A stretch of DNA of 32,000 bases from Acholeplasma laidlawii PG-8A (GTDB lineage: Bacteria > Bacillota_I > Bacilli_A > Acholeplasmatales > Acholeplasmataceae): positions 540,001-572,000 of the forward strand of contig NC_010163.1 in assembly GCF_000018785.1 (NCBI RefSeq), written 5' to 3'. Below are positions 1 through 10,600 of this stretch, one piece after another. The notes beneath the pieces are model-generated. The model did no database searches. It was not told the DNA's origin and was given only the letters and a program-made list of their open reading frames with translations. Every line of letters begins with the position of its first letter. Position 1 is the first letter of the stretch. A program made the translations under genes and the position numbers.

Positions 1-261
1 CTTTTTTTGTTTTTACCTAAACTCAAAACCACAGTTAGGACACTCATAGAAACTGTAGCCTAATTTAGGTGTTTAACATTTAAGCATCCGGTTTACATTT
101 AAATGAACTGTATCTCTGATATTTAAATGCGGATGAGCCATTAAAAAATCTTCCCAGTAATCCTTAAAGATATCTTTGATGGTATACCCTTTAGTTCGAA
201 CATTTAGGTTACAATGCTTCATATATTCATTAACCAGAGCACTGTCTGAAACTAATCCCAT
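1..261 (-). pseudogene. Decayed N-terminal fragment of an IS91-type (transposase zinc-binding domain) transposase, continuing beyond the window edge
   Basis: Minus-strand reading gives ...YTIKDIFKDYWEDFLMAHPHLNIRDTVHLNVNRMLKC*TPKLGYSFYECPNCGFEFR*KQKK. Similarity to zinc-binding N-termini of IS91-type transposases continues through the in-frame TAA at 73-75; a second TAA is at 13-15. Confidence 0.6.
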
Positions 262-288
262 AACATCACCCTACCCTAATTATAAAAC

Positions 289-314
289 AAAACCCGCTAA
301 GCTAAGCAGGTTTT
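289..314 (-). terminator. Intrinsic terminator for the MFS gene
   Basis: Inverted repeat AAAACCCGCT (289-298) / AGCAGGTTTT (305-314), with a T-rich tract on the minus strand just beyond. Confidence 0.65.
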
Positions 315-335
315 AATAAAAGGGGACGAAGTCAC

Positions 336-1523
336 CTATTTGTTCTGATGTGCCAGTTTAATTTTGATGAATAAAATGTACAGTATAGATGCTATAGAAA
401 TACACATAATAGGTATAAAAATAACACCCAAACTTACCGAAGAATCTATTAATATACTAGTGTATAAATTACCAATAACAGCAGCTAATCCATAACTTAA
501 ATACATATACCCATAAGTTCTATTAAAGTTATTCTTACCAAAAAGATCTTTGGTAATAATTGGCATTAAAGCTAACCATCCACCCACTGTACCCCAACTA
601 AGTGTAATTGTTAAGATAAATAACCATAGACTCGAAGGATTTAAAAAGATATAGGTCGTTGAAACGAATAAAGTGATCAGTGATATAAGTATCACTGATA
701 TTTTTAGTTTAAACTTGTCATAAATAAATCCAAATAGGGGTCTAAATAAACCGTTTGCAAGTGCGAATAAACTCATATAGATAGTAATGGTAGTAATATC
801 TAAATTATAGTAATCTGTACCAATATAAACGGTTAATCCAATCATAGATAAACCAAACATAATACCTAAAGTAAACAAGATGAAAAATATCGTAAAAGTA
901 TATTTTGAGGCGTGAACTTTTTCTTTCTTATTTTTGACATAGAGTTTTGATAAATCCAATTTTCTTATAAGTAACCATACAAAGATGGATAGAAGTATGG
1001 TAGATGCAATGCCAAAATATAGTAAAGTATTTTGAAACCCAACAGCATTAAAACTTGACTGTAAAACAGGTGCAACAATTACAGTGGATAAGCCGAAACC
1101 TGCAATTGTTAAACCCACTGCAAGACCTTGATTTTTCTCATAGACTGTTTGAATGATCTGTACAGGGATACCATAGAGTATTCCAACCCCAGTCCCTATG
1201 AAAACACCATGACCTAAAGTAAATATGAGGTAATTGGTTGCATAAGCGGCAATCATATAACCAATACCAATCGATAAAATACCGAGGATTGCCCATTTAT
1301 AAAAATTGGATTTTTTCATAAATCTACCGCTTAACATCACCATAAAGGCAAATACTGCAAGTGATGTTAAATAAGGTATAGAACTTTCGGTATGTGTTAA
1401 TCCAAGTTCATTTTCTATCTGTAATCTAATAACGCTATAGGCATAAACTACACCTATGATGAGTTCAATAATAATCCCACTAATTAATACGGTGAGTTGT
1501 TGTTTTTTGTTTAAGGACTGCAT
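336..1523 (-). CDS. MFS transporter, OFA (oxalate/formate antiporter-like) family
   Basis: 395 aa, about 12 hydrophobic segments, N-terminal GIIIELIIGVVYAYSVI and GTGVGILYGIPVQ motifs typical of OFA-type MFS proteins. Confidence 0.8.
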   Translation of the reverse strand: MQSLNKKQQLTVLISGIIIELIIGVVYAYSVIRLQIENELGLTHTESSIPYLTSLAVFAFMVMLSGRFMKKSNFYKWAILGILSIGIGYMIAAYATNYLIFTLGHGVFIGTGVGILYGIPVQIIQTVYEKNQGLAVGLTIAGFGLSTVIVAPVLQSSFNAVGFQNTLLYFGIASTILLSIFVWLLIRKLDLSKLYVKNKKEKVHASKYTFTIFFILFTLGIMFGLSMIGLTVYIGTDYYNLDITTITIYMSLFALANGLFRPLFGFIYDKFKLKISVILISLITLFVSTTYIFLNPSSLWLFILTITLSWGTVGGWLALMPIITKDLFGKNNFNRTYGYMYLSYGLAAVIGNLYTSILIDSSVSLGVIFIPIMCISIASILYILFIKIKLAHQNK

Positions 1524-1671
1524 AAATTATGTCAACTTTTCATCATGATAGATTTCGCTTATAAAAAGCGATAAGATAAGCATACCAAATTTAAATAGAT
1601 AAAATCAACAAATATGATTTGAATATCAAACAATATATAGGTGATTGATAATAACCTAAGAATGAATTTCA

Positions 1672-1700
1672 TTGATAAAACCGGTACCATAAGGTATAAT
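1672..1700 (+). promoter_or_regulatory. Sigma-A-like promoter for glgAC
   Basis: TTGATA (1672-1677), 17-nt spacer, TATAAT (1695-1700), 45 nt upstream of the glgA ATG. Confidence 0.65.
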
Positions 1701-1745
1701 TTAATTAAATAGAGATAAGTATCTATAAGAAAGGAATTCTCCTTT

Positions 1746-3182
1746 ATGAAAATTTTGTTTTGTAGTTCAGAGGCTTTCCCTTTTAGTAAAACTGGTGGAT
1801 TAGCTGATATGGCTTATTTTTTGCCTAAATCTATTAATGTATTAGGGCATGAAATTGTTGTAATCACACCTTACTATGAAGGCATAAAAAAACACCATGA
1901 AACTATGACTTATCTTGGAACCAAGACAATTTACATGGGACACGGGGAAGTTGTAGTTAATTACTATAAATTAGTATATGAGAGTATCACCTATATATTT
2001 GTTCAAAATATGCACTATTTTGAAAGAGAAGGATTATATGGTTACCATGATGATGCTGAAAGATTTGCGGCATTTAGTTATGCTATTTTAGAAAGTCTAG
2101 ATATCATAGAGTTTTATCCAGATATCTTGCATATTAATGACTGGCAGACATCTATGATTCCATATCTATTAGACAAACACTACAGACATCAAAGTTTTAA
2201 CTATTTTAGAATACATACATTGCTAACGATACACAATTTACAATATCAAGGGGATTTTGATAAAGATGTAGCCAAATTCTTTAACACAGATTTTGATTAC
2301 ACCTATATTCATTTTGATCGTGTCAATTACCTTAAAGCGGGTATTGAACGTGCAACTAAAATAAATACAGTATCACCAACATATAGTAAAGAAGTGATGA
2401 CCAGGGAATATGGATTTAGTTTAGATGGTTCGCTTCAAAATAGAATAAATGATTTTTCAGGTATTTTAAATGGGATTGATGATCAAAATACTTTTAATCC
2501 AAAGACAGATAAATACCTAATTAAAACCTATAGTGTAAGTAATCATAAATCTGGTAAGAACCTAAATAAACAATTTTTACTAGAACATTTTGGTTTGGAT
2601 AAAAACCTAGATGAACCACTCATTGCCTATGTAGGCAGACTTGCTGATCAAAAAGGACTTGGACTTATGGAATACTGTTTAGAAGAAGTTATCCAATACA
2701 GTAATGCTAAGTTCATCTTAATGGGTTCAGGTGATAAAGCATATGAGGACTACTTTAGATACTTAACTTATAAATATCCAAATAAAGTCGGTAATTACAT
2801 TGGGTTTAATGAAAAAATAGCACACATTATCTATGGGGCTAGTGACATCTTTATGATGCCATCAAGATTTGAACCATGTGGTTTAGGTCAAATGATAGCA
2901 ATGAAATATGGCTCTCTACCAATTGTTAGAGAAACCGGTGGATTAAAGGATAGTGTCATACCGTATAACAAATACACACAAGAAGGTACAGGCTTTAGTT
3001 TTAAGAATTATGATTCTTATGATTTGAAAGAAAAGTTATTTGAAGCAATAAATCTTTATAATGAAGATAAAAAAACATGGCAGATTTTAGTCAAACAAGC
3101 AATGAAAAGTGATTTTGGTTTAAATCAAATGGCTAGAGCATATGAAGAATTATACAAAAACATAATAGGGGAGAAAATATAA
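1746..3182 (+). CDS. glgA: Glycogen synthase (ADP-glucose type, GT5)
   Basis: N-terminal MKILFCSSEAFPFSKTGGLADM (K-T-G-G-L motif), PSRFEPCGLGQMIAMKYGSLPIVRETGGL C-terminal motif; 478 aa. Confidence 0.95.
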   Translation: MKILFCSSEAFPFSKTGGLADMAYFLPKSINVLGHEIVVITPYYEGIKKHHETMTYLGTKTIYMGHGEVVVNYYKLVYESITYIFVQNMHYFEREGLYGYHDDAERFAAFSYAILESLDIIEFYPDILHINDWQTSMIPYLLDKHYRHQSFNYFRIHTLLTIHNLQYQGDFDKDVAKFFNTDFDYTYIHFDRVNYLKAGIERATKINTVSPTYSKEVMTREYGFSLDGSLQNRINDFSGILNGIDDQNTFNPKTDKYLIKTYSVSNHKSGKNLNKQFLLEHFGLDKNLDEPLIAYVGRLADQKGLGLMEYCLEEVIQYSNAKFILMGSGDKAYEDYFRYLTYKYPNKVGNYIGFNEKIAHIIYGASDIFMMPSRFEPCGLGQMIAMKYGSLPIVRETGGLKDSVIPYNKYTQEGTGFSFKNYDSYDLKEKLFEAINLYNEDKKTWQILVKQAMKSDFGLNQMARAYEELYKNIIGEKI

Positions 3183-4408
3183 TGGAAACACTAGCACTCA
3201 TACTAGCTGGCGGTAAAGGTACCAGGTTAGATGTCCTATCAGAAAAAAGAAGTAAACCGGCAATGCCTTTTGCAGGAAAATTTAGAATTATTGATTTTAC
3301 GTTATCAAATTGTGTACAATCAGGTATTTATGATATCGCAATCTTAACTCAATATTTACCATTATCGCTTAATAAACACATCGGTAGTGGAAAACCTTGG
3401 GACTTAGATAGAAGAGATTCATCTGTAACACTTTTACAACCTCACACCAATTGGTATATGGGTACAGCGGATGCTGTATTAAAAAACTTAGAATACTTAG
3501 CAAGAAAAAATCCAAAGTATGTACTTATTTTATCTGGTGATCATATCTATAAAATGGATTATAGAAAAATGATTCAAACCCATAAAGAAAAAGGTGCACT
3601 ACTTACAATCGCAACTCAAAGAGTCAAACCAGAAGAAGTATCTAGATTTGGTATCATGTCAATTAATTCAAATAACGAGATTATTGAATTTGAAGAAAAA
3701 CCAAAAGTATCCGATTCAAATCTAGCTTCTATGGGTATTTATCTATTTGACTTTAAACTACTTAAGAAAGTACTTGAAGAAACGATAGCAGAAAACCTAG
3801 ATTTTGGTAAACACGTCATTCCTAAGTTGATTAAAACAACTCAAGCAAGCGTATATGCACATGAATTTAATGATTACTGGATGGATGTAGGTACATTAGA
3901 TGCTTATTTAGATGCCAATTTAGCGATGGCACAAACTTACACTGAGCTTGATTTATACGATCCAACTTGGAAAGTATATACAAAAAGCGAGGATCTGCCA
4001 CCAGTTAAAGCCGGCAGTAAAGCAATCATTCAAGATAGCTTAGTGTCAAATGGTTGTATCATCGAAGGTACTGTCATCAATTCAGTATTAAGCCCAGGGG
4101 TACGTGTTGGTAAGGGAAGTATTGTTAAAGACAGTGTGATCCTAAATGATACAATCATCGGTAACGATGTAAAAATTACTCAATCAATTATTGATAAAGA
4201 AGTCATCATTGGTGGACATACTGAAATTGGTTTTGTTGATGATATGACACCGAATAAAGAAAAACCAGATGTTTTACATACAGGTATTACAGTGGTTGAA
4301 AAGCAATCTATCATTCCAGGAAATATGAAAATAGGTAAAAACGTACGTATTTTCAAAACTGCCACATTTGATAGGAAAGTCATTGAATCTGGTGAAACTA
4401 TAAGATAA
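3182..4408 (+). CDS. glgC: Glucose-1-phosphate adenylyltransferase
   Basis: LALILAGGKGTRLDVLSEKRSKPAMPFAGKFRIIDFTLSNC, YKMDYRKM, C-terminal left-handed beta-helix repeats; overlaps the glgA stop (TAATG). Confidence 0.95.
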   Translation: METLALILAGGKGTRLDVLSEKRSKPAMPFAGKFRIIDFTLSNCVQSGIYDIAILTQYLPLSLNKHIGSGKPWDLDRRDSSVTLLQPHTNWYMGTADAVLKNLEYLARKNPKYVLILSGDHIYKMDYRKMIQTHKEKGALLTIATQRVKPEEVSRFGIMSINSNNEIIEFEEKPKVSDSNLASMGIYLFDFKLLKKVLEETIAENLDFGKHVIPKLIKTTQASVYAHEFNDYWMDVGTLDAYLDANLAMAQTYTELDLYDPTWKVYTKSEDLPPVKAGSKAIIQDSLVSNGCIIEGTVINSVLSPGVRVGKGSIVKDSVILNDTIIGNDVKITQSIIDKEVIIGGHTEIGFVDDMTPNKEKPDVLHTGITVVEKQSIIPGNMKIGKNVRIFKTATFDRKVIESGETIR

Positions 4409-4422
4409 TCTTTCATAAAAAT

Positions 4423-4464
4423 CTAGTCAGTGTAATATTTATTATACAACTGACTAGTTTTTTT
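4423..4464 (+). terminator. Rho-independent terminator after glgC
   Basis: CTAGTCAG(TGTA)...(TACA)a CTGACTAG followed by TTTTTTT. Confidence 0.85.
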
Positions 4465-4494
4465 ATGTATAATACCAAAACTTTGAACCACAAA

Positions 4495-4545
4495 ATATTT
4501 TCACAAAACTTTCAATATTTTCACAAAACTTTCAATATTTTCAAC
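4495..4545. repeat. 20-nt tandem direct repeat, about 2.5 copies
   Basis: ATATTTTCACAAAACTTTCA at 4495-4514 and 4515-4534, then partial ATATTTTCAAC at 4535-4545. Confidence 0.95.
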
Positions 4546-4664
4546 TAAGTGAAAAAAATATACAGAGTGATGAATAATACAGTAAAGCGTTTTCATAATC
4601 CTTGTGATTATAATATAATGACCTTAGTAGGCGCGATTTACGTCAAAAAAAAATTGGAGGATAT

Positions 4665-7600
4665 ATGAAAAGAAGATTATTAGTTTTATTCATGGTAATT
4701 TTATCTTTTATCTTGGTTTCTTGTACAGAAATTGATGAAGCAAGTTTTAGTTTCAAAGATTCTGAAGTAACCATAAAAGTGGGTGATTCATACACATTAG
4801 ATCATGAAATAACCCAAGGACTTGAAGTCGAATATACAATGTCTGCAGAAGGCATTATTTCTATTTCAGGTCAAACAGTTACAGCACTTGCGGTAGGGGA
4901 AGTAGATGTTACTGCAACTGTTGTTGGTAAAGATTTAAGTGACACTATTAAAATTATAGTTGAAGCAAAAGAAGATCCTGTAGTAGCGGTTCAATCCGTG
5001 GCTATTGCTGGTGATAATGCTGGGTTAGTAGGAGAAGCAATTACATTAACAGCAACAGTATTACCACAAAATGCAACCAATAAGGAAGTTACTTGGACAA
5101 CATCAGATGCAGAACTTGCTACCGTAGAAAATGGTGTGGTCACATTACTTAAAGCTGGTGTGGTTACAATCACAGCAACATCAGGTGAAAAATCAGATAC
5201 ACATGAAATTACGATTTCTGATGTAGTAGTTGATGTTGAATCAGTTACTATTGAAGGTCTTAGTGATGGTGTAGAAGGATCAACGATTACACTAACTGTT
5301 AGTGTACTACCTGTAGATGCAACCGATAAAACTGTAACTTGGACAACTTCAAATGCAGAACTTGCAACTGTAGCAAATGGTGTTGTAACACTTCTTAAAG
5401 AAGGTGTTGTAACGATTACTGCAACATCAGGTGAACAATCAGATACACATGAAATTACAATTAATGCACTCGTTGTTAATGTAGATTCTGTAAGTGTTGA
5501 AGGTTTAAATGAAGGCGTTGTTGATGGAGAAATCACATTAACAGCAACAGTATTACCTCAAAATGCAACCAATAAGGAAGTTACTTGGACAACATCAGAT
5601 GCAGAACTAGCAACTGTAGTAAATGGTGTTGTAACACTTCTAAAAGAAGGTGTTGTAACAATTACTGCAACAGCAGATGGTAAAACAGATTCATTTGAAA
5701 TCACTATCGGACCAAAACCAATTGAACTGGAATCTATTGAAATTACTGGTTCAAGTGCAGGATTCATTGGTGATACAATTAACTTAACTGTGACAGCTTC
5801 ACCAGAAGGTGCTCAACTACCAGTCGTTATATGGTCAGTAAATATTAGTGCTTATGCAACTGTAGAAAATGGCGTAGTTACATTACATCGTCAAGGTACT
5901 GTTTTAGTCACAGCAACCGTTAACGGAATAAGTGCAACACATGAAATTACAGTTCAAAAGGTAGCTGCACAAATAGGTAGCGTAAATTATGGAACTATCC
6001 AAGATGCGATTACTGCAGCAAGTGATTCAGATACTATCGTAATCTTTGGTGGTACACACAATGAAGTTCTAAACATTACTAAATCAAATTTAAACTTCGT
6101 ACCAAAAGAAAATGAGCAAGTTATTCTAACAAATGTTATTAATTTAACAGGAAATCTAGAAAACATATCATTTACAAACTTAGAATTTACTTTAGATGCT
6201 CAAATCAAGAGTACAGGTACTTTAAAAGGATTTACATTCAAAAATAACTTAGTTTATGATACCAATTTAGCAGGTACTACATACGCACCTATTAGCCGCA
6301 TCAATGTCAACGCATTTATTCAATTTTACCGTTTAGCTGGTACAAACCTATTTGGTGATATCCATATAGAAGATAACGTATTTACAAATATCAAATCTGA
6401 TATTATTTCACTAGATCGTACGATGGTAAATGCTGAAATCAATATTAAGTACAATGAATTTAGAAACTTTGAAATCAGTGCGATTCGTTTCGATGGTGGA
6501 TATAATAATGGTACTTATAATATCACAAACAACCTCTTTGAAAATGATGAATTAGGTGCTTATTCAGCAATCACATTTAGAGCTTATGCACCTGAAAGTG
6601 GTAATGTCCAAAATATCTATATCGACGATAATACCTTTGTAAACATCGGTACATTGTCAAAAAATCGTGATGGCGATCAACCAGGCTCTGGTGTCATTAC
6701 ATTCTCTACATTTAATTCAAATGATACAAACGTATTTGTAAGAAATAATGAGTTTACACATACATTTAATAGTATCCACTTAAGAGGGGCATTAACCAAA
6801 TGGTCAGCTACTATAAGTGGTAATACATTTACAGATAGTTTAGGTTACATCTATTTTGATACAACTAAACTTGCAGTATTTGAAACAAATGAGTTTGTGG
6901 ATGCTTTAGGTGAAGCGGTAGACCCTACAAGAGTATTAGAAGTCATAGATCCAGCTTATAAACTTGTTAGAATTGCAGAACCAGTCCTAGAAAGTTTTGA
7001 AATATCTGGTTTTAACGCTGGACAAGTCAGTGAAGAATTATCACTTACATTAGTAGCGACACCACCATATTTTGTATTCTCAGATGTTGTTTGGACATCC
7101 TCTGATGAAGAAGTAGCAACCGTAGTAGATGGTGTTGTCACACTTCTACAAGAAGGTGTTGTGACAATCACTGCAACGTATGGTGAAATGATTGAAACTA
7201 TTGAAATTACTGTTACAGCTAAAATGGCGGCTTATTTAAATGAAGTAGGCTATGTAACCATTCAAGAAGCAATTACTGCAGCAGTAAGTGGTGATACCAT
7301 TGAAGTGAATAAGGGTGAGTTTTCTGAAAACCTAAACATTGATAAACCATTGACACTTTTAGGTTTTGATGGACACCTAACAACATTAACTGGTAAGGTC
7401 ACAATTGCTAAGAATATTGAAAATGTAACAATTGAAGGCTTTAACATGACTGGTAACTTCCAAGTTATAAGTACCGGCACATTAAAAGGATTCTCATTTA
7501 GACATAATCATGTCTTTGATACCAACCTTATAGCAACTGGATACGCTCCAAATGCTAGAACTAATGTCAATGCAATCATCCAATTCTATGCTGGTGCAGG

Positions 7601-10600
7601 TACAAACGTCTTTGGTGATATTCATATTGAATTTAATACATTTAACAACATCAAGTCTGATATTATAGCACTTGATAGAACAATGGCTTCATCAGAAATC
7701 AACATTAGATCTAATGAGTTTACGAATTTCAAAATAGGTGCGATTCGTTTTGATGGTGGTTATAATAACGGTACATACAATATTGAAGATAACATATTTA
7801 AGAATGATGTGAAACAAGCAGAAACTGCAATTTTATTTAGAGCATACTCTGCATCATCTGGCAATTTACAAACCATTAATATTCAAAGAAACCTATTTGA
7901 AAATATTGGTAATGAGTTCAACAATCCAACAGATAACTATGCCCAATCAGCTGTGATTGCAACCTCTACATATAATTCAATGAATATTGATTTTAATATT
8001 ATTGAAAACGTCTTTGTGAACACACATAATACAGTTCATTTAAGAAAAAATGAAACAACGACTACATTAATCTATGATGTAGATGTCCTTAGAAATACAT
8101 TTGAAAACCCAACGGGTTATGTATTCTTTGAAGATGGTGATCTCACACTCTTAGAAGATAACATTTACCTTGATAAAATGGGTCAAGCAGTGGATGCATC
8201 TAAAGTACAGGATGAATTAACAGGTGGTAGAAGAATCATCAAAATCTTACAAGATGAAGCTGAGTATGTCATCATTAGATACACATTCAATGCTGAAACA
8301 GCAACCTATGATATCTCAGAAGAATTTAAAACTGGTGTAGTAGGAAGTAAAGTTACTGTCTTATCAAATCCCGAATTAGGTTACTTCACAGAATTTGAAG
8401 TCTATGAAGGTGTTATTTTAGCTGATGGCTCATTAGTCATTGAAATTTACTATGAAGTATTAGTGAATTCATTTACTTATGAACTGGAATTTAATGGTGG
8501 TAACACATTCTATGAAAATAGAGATGCTATGGTGAATGACTGGATCAATGATTACAATACATTTGGTGGTACATCTTATGTAATTAATGAACTACCAAGA
8601 GATACATTTGGTTCAAGTATAAATATTCATACATTCTTCTTTGATGCAAGATTCCGTGACAAATGGTTATGGGTTGCAAAATATCTAGGTGTTGTAGGTT
8701 CTTCAACAAATAGAGCTTCTGCACAAAATATCGTTAGCCGTGATTCAGTTACTGCTTTTGATGCAGTAAACGCAAACTACCGCTATGCATTCTCATATGA
8801 AGTGAGAGGTTTCATGGATGGCCGTAAATTTACTGAAAATGCAAACTGGCAATCAGCAGATTACAGTCTACGTGACCTTAAATATGGTTTTTGGAGTTAT
8901 TTAATTGCTGATAAACAAGAAACAGTCTTCTTAAGTCAATCAGAGGTTCAAGTATTACCAACAGAAGTATACTTAGAAAATTATGAATTTAAAGGTTGGT
9001 TTAATAATCCGGAATTTACAGGTGATAGAATCTATGAAATCACTGAACCAACTAAACTATATGCAAAATTTGAGGAAAAAAATCCAGTGACATCACTTAC
9101 TATCTCAAATCCAATTGGAGAAATGATTAAAGGTGATACATACGACTTAGTTGTAGATATTGCGCCAACAGATGCATACAATAAACTCTTACTATTTACA
9201 TCGTCTGATGTAAAAGTTATGAGTGTCTCTCCTGAAGGTACATTAACAGCATTAAATGCAGGTATTGCAGTTATTACTGTAACAAACCATAATGGTGAAA
9301 TTATGACTACAATGGAAGTTACTGTACACCCTATGGATGATGTAACTCTAGAATTTAGTTCAGGATTTAATGGATTTATAAATGTTGGTGAAGAATTTAC
9401 AATGACTGCGGTTGGTGTTGGTAAAGATAATGCTGGTAAAACATTTACTTATGTACCAGAAGAAGACGGTATCGTTGAACTTATAGGTACAAACACATTT
9501 AAAGCTTTATTACCAGGAACAACTTTAATTGACATCTTTGATGGTGCAGAACTCATCTACACTTATACAGTAGTAGTTCAAGGTGCACTTGATGCTGAAG
9601 ATAGAGTGGATCAATTACTTGATTTATTAGGTAACGCAAATAATGCAGTGGTTAATGGATTAAACGTTATTACATATTATACTTCAGGACAAGAATGGTC
9701 TGACCCAAGATATGAAAGTGTCAACTTATACTTATTTGATGACTATGTAGTAGACAGAACAACATATCCTGCGGATCCCACAAAATTCTCTAACCGTTTA
9801 ATGGACTCAGTAGAATTTGTCTTAATTCATGACACAGCAAATCTAAACGGTGGTCTAGCAAGCCATGGCTCATTCTTTGCAAATCCAGCAAATAGTATCG
9901 GTATTCATTACACTACAGGTGATTATGGTATCGTATCTAGCTTACCTGATGAATATGTGGGATGGCATGCTGGTGATGGTACTGCATCTAGTTTCCAATG
10001 GCATGATACTGGTATTGTTGTAACAGATAATGAAAAACCAATAATTGATATTTCTACAGATGGTTTCTGGACATTTAATGGACAAAAATCCACTGTCCAA
10101 GCGCCTCGTGGTGATAATAATGCTATCTTAGATAAATCATACTTTACATACCAAGGTCCAACTTGGGATGTCGTAGGTGGTAAATACGTAATTGGTACAC
10201 ACTGGTTTGCTAAGACACAACAAGCTCGTGGTGTGATTGCATCACGCGGTGGTAACCTAAACTCTATTGGTATTGAAATGAACGTTAACAGAAATGCAGA
10301 TATCATTGATACAGTTCAAAGAACAGCAAAATTAGTAGCGAACTTACTAGAAGAAAACAACTTAAGTAATAACCGTGTCATTATGCACAATACTACAGAC
10401 GGTAAGGGTGATCCATATACATTAAACAATACAGTCTATAATGGTACTTGGTATTTTGACAGATTTATGGAACATGTAGCAATTGAAAGACTAGTCTTAT
10501 CACAATTTGCAGATGCAACGATTACATTCCATTCAGACTCAGAATTACTATCTGATACAGGTCGTGTGATTGCAATGCCACAAGTTACAACTGAAGTACA

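Noticed and set aside
1521-1535. TTGACA (minus strand, 1535-1530) as the promoter of the MFS gene
   Set aside because: It lies only 6 nt from the annotated ATG and has no suitable -10 before the start, so it is probably fortuitous unless the true start is further downstream.
4180-4416. 78-aa minus-strand ORF
   Set aside because: Antisense to the glgC C-terminus.
5043-5608. 74-nt direct repeats as ends of a mobile element
   Set aside because: They code for equivalent positions of tandem Ig domains and no transposase lies between them.
4991-5767. Minus-strand ORFs 4991..5536 and 5558..5767
   Set aside because: Shadow ORFs antisense to the Ig repeats; their repetitive Ser/Thr/Val composition mirrors the sense repeats and no good SD or known domain is present.
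6956-7480. Minus-strand ORFs 6956..7171 and 7262..7480
   Set aside because: Antisense to the duplicated module of the lipoprotein; no independent coding evidence.
9923-10306. 127-aa minus-strand ORF
   Set aside because: Antisense to the conserved amidase motifs, which clearly support the plus-strand frame.
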